Assembly: GCA_964016885.1 (NCBI GenBank)
Contig: OZ024743.1
Location: 299,460,001-299,524,000 of the forward strand
Length of the DNA stretch: 64,000 nucleotides
DNA from: Eledone cirrhosa
Lineage: Eukaryota
Reading direction: 5' to 3'
Below are positions 28,822 to 41,536 of this stretch, piece by piece (positions within the stretch are counted from its first letter, which is position 1; the number at the start of each line of letters is the position of its first letter). The translations under genes were made by a program, and so were the position numbers. The notes below the pieces were generated by a model that saw only the letters and a program-made list of their open reading frames with translations, ran no database searches and was not told where the DNA came from.

Positions 28822-29318
28822 TCCTATAAAAATGAGAAAACAGCTGAATGCTGCCGAAGAGAGTGGTTGGCAAAATGGTCCAGGGGACAGACACCTGCGT
28901 TCAGTGGTCAACAGAGAGACAATTTACAATAGGAGGAGGACAAGGAGAAGTGTGTTGGCAGAAGTGACCGGAAGAGGAAATAAAGAAAGTCGATGTACAG
29001 GACACACACATCTTCACCCTCATCAGCCCCCAAACCGGAAAAATGGCTTGACACTATTTAATTGAAAGCACCATTTTAAAATGGAGTATTCTGCAACAGT
29101 AAAATAATTTTTTTTCCTGGCATGATGTGTATGTGATAAAAAAAAACACCGCAGAGAAAAGGAGGAAAGAAAACAAAAAATAGGAAAACTGTGGTGTCTG
29201 TCATAAAGAGAAAGCTAATCATAGATATGATAATGTTAAATGAAGAAAAGCAAAGTTGTCTCTGATCTGCACGAAGTGTAAGTGTAATTGAATTCATATA
29301 TATATATATATATATATA

Positions 29319-29365
<47 letters not shown>

Positions 29366-29538
29366 GGGATAACAAATTATCATTATAGGTAATCCAGTTA
29401 GAAGTTGTGAGTACTGTGCGTCGTGGATAGCTTTAACGTACGTCTTTGTTTGACTCAACAAGACGTTTCCATAGTTAGACAGCGAGTTCGCGGGTATTCC
29501 TATGTAGGTTATACTTGAAGTAATAATAGTGAAATAAT

Positions 29539-29678
29539 TGTTTCTACTTTTGGCACAAGGCCAGCAATTACCCAGTACATTCCTGGTACTTTATTTTACC
29601 GACCTCGTAAGGATGATAGGCAAAGTTAACCTCGGCGGGATTTGAACTCAGATCGTAAAGGGACGTAACTATGCTGGA
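29539..29678 (-). mobile_element. SINE family A, 5'-truncated, inserted in a PLE pLTR, 18-bp TSD
   Basis: TSD TAATAATAGTGAAATAAT at 29521-29538 and 29679-29696. Confidence 0.9.
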
Positions 29679-29740
29679 TAATAATAGTGAAATAATGAAG
29701 AGTAACATAGTTGGCTGTACAACAAGGGGTTTATTTCAGG

Positions 29741-29849
29741 TATTAACAATTGTTTCATTGATCAGGTGAGTCTAGAGGCCGCTAATCGCTCGAAGTTGCG
29801 TCACTCGATCTCCATTACATTATTTACCTCTGACCAAATCCTCAGAATA
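29741..29849 (-). ncRNA. type I hammerhead ribozyme with 82-nt stem II
   Basis: UAUU-CUGAGGA-U-UUGGUCAG...CUGAUCAA-U-GAAA-CAAUUG-UU-AAUA: stems I and II pair, stem III is the palindrome ACAAUUGU. Confidence 0.75.
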
Positions 29850-30857
29850 TGAATAATCATTTCATGGCAAGATATATAGAGAGAAATAGCGTATAATCAA
29901 AACAATAACATCAATAATAAAATATATGATAAATAGGTAAAGAAGTTACAGATGTAAAAAGTAAAAGATTAGAAAACATATACAGCAAAAAAGTAAGAAA
30001 ATGAAAAAATAATAAAAATATAAAGGAGTAAGGATAAGTGAGAGCATATAAGTACAGAATAAGATAGTGGTGGTGGTGAGTAAGTGCCTGTATAAGGATG
30101 TTGTGGTGGATTTAGTGCTAACATGAAAAGTCATATTCGAAGCATACATAGATACGCGTAGAGAGTTTGAGGTAGTGACAGATAAAATAAAAGCAATAAA
30201 TTAGAGATTAATTGGGAGATACTAGTATGATACCTAAGGGCTAAGGAGAACTTTACAACGCTCGCCAATAAAATCTGGCAGCTTAAAAACACAAACCAGG
30301 AATATAGGATTAGCTGGTCAAAATTATCAGGAGCAAGGGCCTACGACAATGGAATGTCCCACTGCAGACTTTGCAATATGGAGCTATTCCATATTTTAAG
30401 GTACGATAAGTTGCTGCTTAACAGCAAAATAGAAAGATCAATTTTATGTAGGCATAAAATAGCTACCAAGTTCACAAATTTCAAACCACCGTGATTCGAA
30501 CCAGCAATCCCAAAATTAGAATTGAACCACCTAGATTTTAACGTATGGAATACACACCATCACATCGCTATTAACTGTCAAACAGCCGACTGGTCACTAG
30601 ATCATAAATCTCTCAACATCTTTTTCACCCTCTCTCCCTGAAACCGCATCAACCCCAATAAGACAAGACAATCAGCAAAACATTTACCACACACATTCGT
30701 CAAACCACCCTTCACCATCCACCCTTAGCCGTTGGGTCTCATACTAGTATCTTCCAATTAATCACCAATTTATTGTTTTTTCTTTTATCTGTCACTACCT
30801 CAGACTCCAGAAATATCCGTCGAAACGGCTAGAGCTCTGCCGTCTGGTCTTGAACAT

Positions 30858-30909
<52 letters not shown>

Positions 30910-31189
30910 ATGTATATATGTATATGTATATTTATATGTCTAAATGTGTATATATGTATGAATGTATGCATGTATGTGTCTATGTGTATGCGTGTATAAT
31001 AAAAACAGCACCACAAGGATATATTCTGTCAGCCAAAGTATTTACTCTCCACCTATTTTCTTTAGCCGATCACAAACCAATTTCAACAATCCAATCATGC
31101 ATATATCCATCACCGAATAGAATATTGTACTATCTATTAGTTGCCTGAAATATAACAGTATTTTATCCATAGTTCTAAGATTATACAAG

Positions 31190-31560
31190 AATGTCATGTA
31201 CAGATTCAATGAACATTACTTTTCAAACTTTTCTAGATACTGGGAAACTTCCTGAATAGCTGAAACAGACAATCACAACATCAATTTGCGTGTAAAGCAG
31301 ACCTCAATGCAATAATTATAAACCTATATCTCTGACCTAGCACATATAAAATACACAATCGAATAGTTGGTTCGAGCATTGTTAGCTTTTTTCGTATAAT
31401 AACGTCTCTGTAGCATTTAGTATACATTTCTAGGCAGAAATGCTTAACATTTATATTTCACAACTATTACGAGACATCTGTCTCCACCAAGGGAGTATAC
31501 TTCGTCAAGGCTTTCGAATTGATTCAAAACAGAATAAATGTCATGTCATTGAGATGTTTG
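31190..31560 (+). mobile_element. highly decayed CR1/L2-type RT fragment
   Basis: FQTFLDTGKLPE.., NNYKPISLT, YFVKAFE remnants. Confidence 0.5.
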
Positions 31561-32900
31561 GACTTCAGAAAAACGTATTATCTGTTTTCTTTTACAATTA
31601 TTTTTGAGTATCGATCAATCAATCTCTCTCTCCCCCTCTCTCTATTCCTCTCTCACTATCTACCTATCTATCTTTCCTTCTTTCTATCTATCTATCTACC
31701 TATCCATCCCCCTACATGAATCACCCCATCCACCAAAAAACCAAGCAACCCTCTCTACGTAGCTCCCTACCCACCAATTAGTTCACCAACTAGGCAGATG
31801 GCACTGTCTTTTCATGTGAGATAACGATGGCAAATGATAAGTAATGTTAAACAAAATTACATAAACGAGGACACAGTATAATATGAAATATACTACCCTC
31901 ATATATTCTACTACAAAAGAACTGTTCAATTAAACAAGCAATGTAGAGTGACAGCTCAAAAGCCATTTTCCTAAACAGTTACGCGTACAGTATTTATGCA
32001 TTGAGAGCTGAGGTAGGGTCTCTATATTAGATATGTAGCAGTAATATCAGCAAATATCAAGTCAGATTTGCATAGATTACTGATCAAAGTGTAGCGCTCT
32101 CATTACTCATCGATATTTGACAGGTTACAAATAAACGTTCACTAAAATATGACATCATTAAAATAATGTCAATGACCCTAGGTTTAAATCTTTATTCCTT
32201 CTAAGACCACCATCAAACACACTGCAGCATACATAACCAGAATGCGTAAAGGAAATGAAATTTACTATCAAGGGCAAAGAAGTTAGTAGATTACAATCAA
32301 GTCAAAATATATTATTACAAACGTTCTGCCTTTACCGAAGATAAATGCTTTTTTTTCCTTATTTAAATAAAAATGAATCTGAAGATGACTAATTTTGAAA
32401 ACTTCAAGCACTATATACATGACCATATCAACAGCGTCCATGATCGCATGTATCCAGACTGTTATAGTCTGCGTAACAGAGAGAGCAGCAATTCTTTAAT
32501 TACCAAGCATGGTAACAAATACTAAACAGACAAATAACCAGGAACTAAATAGAATAAGATTTAATGAACGAAATGATGCGCTCCAGCACCACCTGAACTC
32601 AAAATAATTCAAATATGTAGCTACAGGAGCATAGTGATATTTGTAGATTGAATACTTGAATACACACATAGACCCTTCTCCCCATATATATATATGTATA
32701 TATATATATATGTAATCCTTGGTACAGTTAGGTATATTAAGACAGTGGGGAAGAAAAAATGGCTTCACTTGTGCTTTCAACAAATTTATTTTCTTCACAA
32801 AATCCAAAAAGAATTTTTTTCGGGATTAGAAAAATTTTTTTTCTTAAAAAAAATTATTTTATAAATTAAGTTGTTGATATATATATATATATATATATAT

Positions 32901-34330
32901 CGCTGCTTGCGTAATCATATAATATTAGCACGTAATCGATAGCAAATGTATAATCAGTTGTCACTTCTTCAGAGATATTGGATAAATTGGAATAAAATCA
33001 GAAAAATCAAAGTATTTATATTTGTCGTAAGAAAGGAGGAGGAGAGGGGAAAGTATATGACAGATGGCAATTCAGTTTGCTGGTAAACAAGTGTATAGAA
33101 TGTTTTTAATGAGAATACAATGTGTATATGGCTTATTTTATTTAAATAAGAATTTTTGGGAGTGCCGATTTTAATTTATATTTGACCAGTTGAACAATGG
33201 ACAGGGCTGGTGGCTTGGTGTGGTAGTATTAATACAGATATAAGGTGTCAAGTAAGGAAGATAGATTTTCACTGCTACTGTATAACAACAATGCTGGTAG
33301 CCTGTTGGTATATGCATTAGGGATTTGAATTGAGAAATCTTATTTTATCTATAGCATTTTATATTAAATGATAAAGAATAGAGGTGTTGATAGAATTAAT
33401 GTTAATATGTATTTTGACAATCAAACGGGGATGGAGACAGGCGTTCAATCCTGGTAGCGTTTGTAATATGAAAATGTAGATTTCAAGCGATGGTTACAGT
33501 ATAACGATCGCTATATTCTGTTATTTAATAAAATATTTTTGGATTTCATAATACAAAACATTTCCCTATTACACAATCTACAAACTTTCTGTACTTGGAA
33601 ATACACCGTGGCGGCGCTATTTTATCCCATTTTAGGTTAAATTGTTGGTTACTTTCGCGCAGCTGCCAAGCCTTGTCTGCGAGTGTTGTTACATAACGCT
33701 GGTTTTCATGTTTTATCGAGTAGCGATATCTATAAAGGCGAGATTTCAAGGAGGTAGCAGTAGACCCCACATATTACCACTTATGGCTAACCGATTCGAT
33801 AGTACATTAGTTGATGTTGCGTTCAAGACACTGATTATTCAACGGACACATTCCTGGTTGGATACAGTTACAGTTATAATTATGCACAGTTGTAATACCA
33901 TGGATGGGTTGATGAGGTTGCTTAGGCATGTCGGGATGTTGTTTGTTGTTTTGTGATGTTGTAGCCGATGTTTTACGTGTATTGTTATGTGTTGGAATGC
34001 ATTTATACAACCGTTTTGCGTTAAGCTTTTTTATATGTTGTTCAATATTAGGGGCGGTTGAATATGAAAGTCGAATAGTGTTAGGGTTTAAGATTTTATT
34101 ATATTTATGCGATGCTGGAAAATGTTTTTTAACTAATACTTTGATTTTTCTGATTTTTTTCCAATTTATCCAATATCTCTGAATAAGTGATAACTGATTA
34201 TACATTTGCTATCGATTACGTGCTAATATTATATGATTACGCAAGCAACGATACATAGTTAGTCCGTCTGTTACAGAAACATATGTCAATACCAAATAAA
34301 TTCCTTTATAAAAGCACTTTCATTTTATAT
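32901..34330 (-). mobile_element. 5'-truncated Naiad-type PLE with inverted pLTR
   Basis: KHFPASHKYNKILNPNTIRLSYS, CNCIQPGMCPLNNQCL (CxCx5C), TTLADKAWQLR, LYCNHRLK; about 118-bp inverted repeat 32901-33017 vs 34136-34251. Confidence 0.85.
34174..34291 (+). ncRNA. type I hammerhead with 90-nt stem II (G8 mutated in this copy)
   Basis: UAUCU-CUGAAUA-A-GUGAUA...UGUUAC-A-GAAA-CAUAUG-UC-AAUA; the truncated inverted twin near 32966-32972 keeps CUGAAGA and GUGACA. Confidence 0.65.
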
Positions 34331-34334
34331 TCAA

Positions 34335-34398
<64 letters not shown>

Positions 34399-34409
34399 TA
34401 TATATATAT

Positions 34410-34710
34410 ATGGAAAAGAATGAAACAAAATTTCATTTCTCACTCTTAGTACGGCTGATACTTAAATATAAGTATGTATACGTACATATATATATATATG
34501 TATACAGAAGTACAGTAGTATGTATATATATATATACACAAATGCACACATATATATATGTACGATGGGTTTACCGAACATTTATTATAATGTTCGATTT
34601 GTTTGTAACCAAACAACCCGAATTCCGCTGTACAGTGTTCGGCAACCATCATCGCCTTTTTGTTCAACACTGACAAAGGAACGTATACATACTTATATTT
34701 AAGTATCAGC
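34410..34710. repeat. structured (TA)n-associated repeat family
   Basis: strong similarity to 53783-54050; internal hairpins; 34452-34483 inverted at 34681-34710. Confidence 0.75.
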
Positions 34711-35296
34711 CAGGTTTATTCGACATTTGAAATAGCTCAACAAATTAACACATATATGTATATATCTGTGTTCGTTTTTTCTTTCATATTCAACTATAAT
34801 ATACGGCTCGGAAATATCTCTTTCTTAGAGCTATTTTGTTTAAGAGACTATTTTGAGTTCCTAACTCAATATATACCTTTGATATATTCGGCTCCGTTAA
34901 TTTGTTGAGTTATTTCAAATGTCGAATAAACCTATTTTTAGTCGTGTGCGTTTATGAGACACGCTAGGACACCAAGTGCGCTGTTAATATTATATATAGC
35001 ACACTATTCAGTTTCTTAACATACTTAGAAGTGTCTAGAATACAAATTTGTGACCCACTGATGAGCATAAATTGGTAATTCTGTTCACAATTAACATTGC
35101 CAAACACACCAAGTTGTCTGGGTGATTGGTAGTTACCACAATTCCGGTTTGTATTTATTTTCTTGATTTTTTCTTAAATTGAGACAAGCGAACCCAATTG
35201 TCTATAGTTCGTATTTTTTTCACCTTAGCGAATCTAGTCCCTTACGATTTGAACACATATATGTATATATCTGTGTTCGTTTTTTCTTTTATATTC

Positions 35297-35366
<70 letters not shown>

Positions 35367-36073
35367 TAGAGTAAAACATGTCCAGAGAATTATTTGATAA
35401 TATATATACATCATCTCTATTCCCAATCAGCATAATTAACCACGCAAAAAATCAATTAGACCAGGCTATAAGAATAAAAGGCATCTATGAAGAAATATTA
35501 AATAAATATACCATTGCGGCGTCTTCGCGCACAACCGCTATAGAATATTTACCCAACATTTCAACAGCACGTGGAAATTAATTAAATATACGGTTAACCA
35601 TACATAATTAGGTAAAAATTAATGTTAGAAATGCTTATATACATACCAGGATTAAATCACTAAATCCCGACCCTCGGGTTTCGCTCACTTTTGAGATACC
35701 TTATTAAGGATATAATTAAGGATTTCGCTTCAACGAAATATGTATACATATTGTATGAAGCTATGCTTGGAGCGAAATCCTATTTCTTTTTTATTCTAAG
35801 TTGAACCAACTTATGCAGCTTCATATGCAAATGAGATTAATCACCTCATTTACACAAACGAGAAATGTATATATTCTCGGCTGTCTTCTAGTCCAGCAGT
35901 CGCAAGCGGTGGGAGGACCATCCTGACAAAGGCCTGTTAAGCCTGAAATGCATAGACGGTTGTCCCTCTTGCTTCTGCTGGACATCAGCAGAGGGCGTTA
36001 GCCCCCTGATGTTTGCATAGCTACGGCTTCCTAAAACCGTATTTCCTTTGAGATACGAAATATTTATACATAT

Positions 36074-36130
<57 letters not shown>

Positions 36131-36486
36131 AATATGATAATAATGGAGCTGCGGCGCTGCAAATGGGTTACATATGAAAAAGTTTGTCCTCATCAGTGGC
36201 CATCCAACCGTCGTAGGCATTTCGTCGCATTAAAGGCCATATCCCTCAGGTTGGTGCGAGCAACGTCTAAAAAAAAGTCGTTGGGACACGTAAATAAGGG
36301 GGACGCTAGGGTAAACGAACAAAATGGTTTAAGCAGCAGAAAGTGATGAAGAAGGAATCAAGTCCCAGATTTCTATGAATATAAATTCGGTGGAATCGTG
36401 AACGAGAGAATATATATATATATATTTATATATAGATATATAGATAGATAAATATACACGGGTGTGTATGATTGTGTATAGAAGAT

Positions 36487-36785
36487 TATATTAATAAAAG
36501 GAATTCCAATTTTGTCTGATATACTCGTTTTATTTACAATCCTTTAAAATTTATAATGTTATTAGACAGTCAAGTTTGCAATTTTCAGCAGTTGAAAATT
36601 CCAAACTTGACTGTCACCACACATTATGAACCTGAAGATTGCGAAAGCATGAAAGTACTTGTTCAATTAACACTTAACATTTAATATTCTACCATACTAT
36701 TTCATTTAAATACCATTATAAATTTTAAAGGATTGTAAATAAAACGAGTAAATCAGACAAAGTTGGAATACCTTTTATTAATATA
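36487..36785 (+). mobile_element. 300-bp inverted-repeat cassette carrying a hammerhead (PLE pLTR derivative)
   Basis: about 72-bp terminal inverted repeats, inner hairpin 36564-36615, TA-rich flanks. Confidence 0.75.
36627..36665 (+). ncRNA. minimal type I hammerhead ribozyme
   Basis: UGAAC-CUGAAGA-U-UGC-GAAA-GCA-U-GAAA-GUAC-UU-GUUCA. Confidence 0.8.
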
Positions 36786-36915
36786 TATATATATATATAT
36801 ATAGCTGTAGCATGCGACAGCGGCCACACCCCGGTAAACCGCTTTGGCTGGCGGGCCGAACTAGGTTGAGGGTAGCCGGATGGCTCTGAAACTTTTCGTG
36901 TACCTTTTACTGACC

Positions 36916-37378
36916 TGACCTATTTTCACCCCTAAAATAACCTTTTAATTCTTCATACTCCTTCCATTCAAAACAGAATTCTGCCTTCTTCTACCCCTAA
37001 AATAAACTTCCATTACTACTATTTTACCATTTGGCCAATTATCACCTTTCTATTGGTCAATTCAAAACCTGTTCCCAAACAGACCTACTATACTAAATTT
37101 TTGTTGGTTTTATTCAATGAACAAATATAATTATTTCTGAGGTCAGCATATGACCTATTTTCATCCCTAAAATAATCTTTCATTCATAATATTCTTTCCA
37201 TCCAAAACTGAAATCTACCTTTCTATACCCATAAATTAAGGTTCGTTTTTTTACCATCTTGACCTTCACTATTTTTGTATTGGTCAATTCAAAACCTGTT
37301 CCCAAACAGACCTATTGTATTAAATCTTTATGATTTTTTTTCAATAAACAAATATCATTATTTCTGAAGACAGCATAT
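36916..37378. repeat. two diverged tandem units of about 230 bp
   Basis: units start TGACCTATTTTCA at 36916 and 37151, share TATTGGTCAATTCAAAACCTGTTCCCAAACAGACCTA and end ..CAGCATA. Confidence 0.85.
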
Positions 37379-37675
37379 ATATGTGTAGGTATGTATATTC
37401 CCTCTGATAGTTTGTAAAAATTTTACATAGATCTATAAGATATGCATACCAACACTAACATATATATCCTAGAAACGATCGTAAAATGATGAATTCTTTA
37501 ATATAAGGAACTGTTTCTTTGTTTATTCATTATTTTATTAATTTATCTTGACTCTGTTTTCCGTTATTTTTCACCGAAAAGATTTTTTGAATACATCTTC
37601 TCTTTTCATGATATTCGGATTACACTGAGTTCTTCATACGGATTGGACACTACCGTACAGTTTGGTAGACTTTTC

Positions 37676-37724
<49 letters not shown>

Positions 37725-37761
37725 TTGTGTTTGTGTGTGTTCCGTATAACCATGTCTATTA

Positions 37762-37799
37762 CGAGCTGAGGATCCGCTAAGGTGAAACAATTGTTCTCG
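37762..37799 (+). ncRNA. minimal type I hammerhead ribozyme
   Basis: CGAG-CUGAGGA-U-CC-GCUAA-GG-U-GAAA-CAAUUG-UU-CUCG. Confidence 0.75.
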
Positions 37800-37894
37800 G
37801 TATGATGAACTAAATGTTGTTTAACCGCTTGTACCTAACTCGTCCCATGGACTGAGTGCTCTACCACTACGGATATTACCTTCCAGTGTTCTAC

Positions 37895-37956
<62 letters not shown>

Positions 37957-38199
37957 ACTTTCTCATACATCGCCTTCAATACTCTAACCAACCATCCCTT
38001 CACTTCTAATTATCTCAATATCCAATGTCGTTACTTTAATTGCGACTCTAACTACATTCTCCCGAATGAAACAGTTCTAGTACTGTAGAAGCCATTTCTA
38101 TATTAAATACTTGTACTTTGCTGTGTTGATTACCTTACTTACTGTTGTTTACCCGATTGAATCCTGGATAAACTTAAATATATATTATATCATATATTA

Positions 38200-39180
38200 T
38201 ATTAAAACTAATGTAGAATTCGTGTAAAGGATCTATTATGCTAATAACGGCTTAGAACGGCGATGGATTTGATGGCAGTGGCAACGCCGAATTTCACGAT
38301 CTGTTTTTTTTTTCGCCAAGGGGTGTTAGGGGCGGGGGCGTTAGAGAATGAAAAATAATGTTAAGAGAATTACTTTTGGTGGGGTTTGTTGATCTGGAGA
38401 AAACTGTATTAAAGTAACCACGTTGCATATTAAGATAATTAGAAGTGAAAGGATGGTTGGTTAGAGTATTAATGACGATTTATGAGAAAGTACATACAGT
38501 ATTAAGGACGAGGAACGGGAACAGGAACCACCTAGAAGTGAATTAGTAATAAGCCTCCAGCTATTTGTAGTTGTGGTGAAGGTAATGTCTGTGTAAAGGA
38601 GAGTTTATCACGCGAGTGCTGCACGCAGATGGCCTGATGTTAATAGGAGATAGTATGGTTGGATTGAGTAAGAATGTATAAAAGTGAATACTGGAAAGCC
38701 GAAGGTATGGAAAAGGGTAAAACATCTGATAGAAAGAACTGGAAGATAACTACGCAGAGTGATGGAAGGGTGTTAGAATGAATTTCATTAAATCTATGAT
38801 ATCCACTAGGTGTATTCATCAACAATTTATTAGAATGTAGAGTATAGTAAATAATATGACAGTTACATTAAAGTGTATACTGTATTTACGAATTTATAGG
38901 CGGCGGGGATGTTCAGAAGGATCTTGGGAAGGGTGTGAAAAAGGAAAGTGTGAAAAGGTTTGGTTAATTTGGAGACATGCTGAATGGAGAGGGTGGATCA
39001 GATTCTACAATTGTATCTAGATTAAGGTGTCTATGGAACTGAGTGGTGTTCTAATGAAGAAGGAAGTACGGCTGAAACTGAAGGGAAAGTTATATACTAC
39101 ATGTGTGAAGAGTATGGGAAGGAGACATGTGTGTTGAACGTGGAACAGGAGAGAATGGTTGACAGAACTAAAAGTATAAA
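38200..39180 (+). mobile_element. old RTE-like LINE RT remnant
   Basis: FVDLEK, VKGWLVRVLMTIYEK, KEVRLKLKGKLYTTCVKS; 38408-38495 is duplicated in inverted orientation at 37953-38040. Confidence 0.65.
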
Positions 39181-39523
39181 CACTATGTTAAGTCACAATA
39201 ATGTAAGGAAAAGTTGCTGGTGACAGCTGTATATTCACATAACACTTCTGGAACCGGGTGGCTTGGTATTGGAATTTAAAATATTTCAATTTCCGGTTTG
39301 CCTCAGTTTTATTATGATTTACTATATCATCAATATATCTCAAGAGAAATCATAGAAATGTGTTGAAATATAAAGGGTGAATACTGACTCTCTAGCTTTA
39401 TGTTAACATTTCATTGAGTGGGGACACTGATCAACTAAGTCATCATTGTTTTATCATATGGCAAAGAAACAACATTATACATGCAGATACATTGGAATGA
39501 ACAACACCCGCTATTGTATATAT

Positions 39524-39582
<59 letters not shown>

Positions 39583-39591
39583 CACACACAC

Positions 39592-39778
39592 GGTGGATTG
39601 GCAGTATCGGTAGAAGGTTGGATGCCATTCTTTCCAACATAGGGTTACCCCCTTTTATAGTCTGAGTTCAAATCCCGCCGAGGTTTACTTTGCCTTTCAT
39701 CCTTACGGGGTCGATAAAATAAAGTACCAGTAATGCACTGGAATAATTGCTGGCCTTGTGCCAATAGTAGAAAAAATT
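39592..39778 (+). mobile_element. tRNA-derived SINE, family A
   Basis: same head and core as 8831-9008. Confidence 0.9.
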
Positions 39779-39799
39779 ATTATCATTAGCACTGATTAA

Positions 39800-41200
39800 A
39801 ATTTCAGCAAACACTTTCTTCTTTCACTGTGATCGCAGATGTTAATACTTAAGTGGATAGACATGATCAAGAAAGGGATGAGAGGAAGAAATATACAAAG
39901 ATATATTACCATAAGCAGAGGCGATATGAAGGATCAAGTAGCCAAGATACCAAACTGCAAGCAAACGGATCCACGGCTGTTGGGTGAAAACGTGCAATGT
40001 AGCAACACGAAAGACTCACAATACAATTGAATGAATGTTTCCAGAGAAGTGAGGTCCGCAGCTGAATGGTCACGGGAAGGACAACGAGTGTGATTAAATT
40101 ACAAACTATACTATGCCTAAACTTAATGTGGAAGGATCTCATCGGAATATTTAAGGGAAAGACATTTTTTTTCTGTCACAGGAAGCAATGCTACCAAGTG
40201 AACAAACATGATATCGGAAGCAGTCCTAGGGTACCAAAGATTACCAGGATGAGAAGATGGTTTTGAGGCATTGTACGAAACATCACACAAACATGTCTAT
40301 GAACTGGATTGACTTCAAGAAGGCTTGTGATATGGTGCTCATTATTGAATTGGTGAATGCCTGCGTATGTTTGGTATTGCTGAGAACAGCACAAAATTCA
40401 TACTGAATAATATGCCAGAGTGGAAAACCATGATATACTCGAATAACGTCTTTCTGGGTGAATAAGAAATATATAGAAGGTATCTGCCAAGGGGACTCAT
40501 TCGCACTGTTGATATTTGTTGTAGTACTGACACATATAACAGTCACACAAAATAGGCTACCAGTTTAGAAAGCAAGGGCCATTCATAAAGCACCTTCTGA
40601 TTGCCTGAAAATGTTTGGGAAGTCTGAAAACCAAATAGAACCCTTGGTTACAACAGTTCAGATATGTAGCACTGACATCGTTGTGGATTTTGGGTTTTCC
40701 AAATGATCTGTACTCAATATTAAATATTATTGCCATCGGCAGAAACCATTGGAGAATCAGAAGATAGTGGCTATAAATATTAGGGGATCTTAGAACTAAA
40801 TATTTTGCACGCAGAAACGAAAGAAAAGATTAGAAGGATGAGTGAAAATGATTTCTCAAATTCAACTTGAATGTGAGAAATCTGGTCACTGCAATGAATG
40901 TCAGGGCAGTTTCAGTAGTTAGATATAGTTCATCCATTCACAGTTGTACAGAAGAAGAAATATTGAATTTAGCTAGAAGACTAGAAAATTAAGGACATTT
41001 ATACCTTACAGCAAATTGCCTTTTGTGTTGCAAATACCAAAATGAAATCATAGAGAATTGGCATGAGCATGTGACTTGTAAATAATGCAGGAGGATGGGA
41101 AAGCAAAGATATTTTGTGATTATGATTTCAAACTAATAGGATAATTAATCATGGTCGACTAGACATTGTCGAGTTGAACAAGACAAATATTCAACAAATC
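39800..41200 (+). mobile_element. decayed R4/Dong-like non-LTR element (RT and nuclease remnants)
   Basis: RGTKD, MNWIDFKKACDMV, GICQGDS, GYKYLGILE, and IINHGRLDIVEL nuclease remnant. Confidence 0.7.
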
Positions 41201-41536
41201 GTCGACGGCTTCAACTTCTACTCTAACCTCCCTTTGTTGAACAACAGCAATAACGATAGTAATAATAGTAATAATAGTAATGATAATAATAATGTTTTCT
41301 TTATTAACCACAAGGGTTCACATAAAGTAGACATTAAGGACAGTACAGGACAATACAGGACGGTACAAATGGGCATTTCTGCGTGTAAAAAAACAGAGGT
41401 TGAAATAAAATAACAAAGAAAAATTCCCCAATAGGGGGGAGACTTCCAAGGGACATTTGTGGAGAAAGCCCATTAAAAGACCACAGTGGCCCTGACCACC
41501 AGGGCAAGTGCCCTCTCCCAGTTTTCCACCTTTAAT

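Larger units (their letters stand above)
29376..30806 (+). mobile_element. 5'-truncated Naiad-type PLE with inverted pLTR
   Basis: GIY-YIG C-terminus TTLANKIWQLK..CRLCNMELFHI..LLNSKIERSILCRHK at about 30245-30494; 30165-30243 is the inverted copy of 30722-30806. Confidence 0.8.

Noticed and set aside
29015-29032. CTGATGAG on the minus strand as a hammerhead core
   Set aside because: No GAAA/UH half or pairing stems nearby; the same applies to CTGATGA at 18560 and 54193
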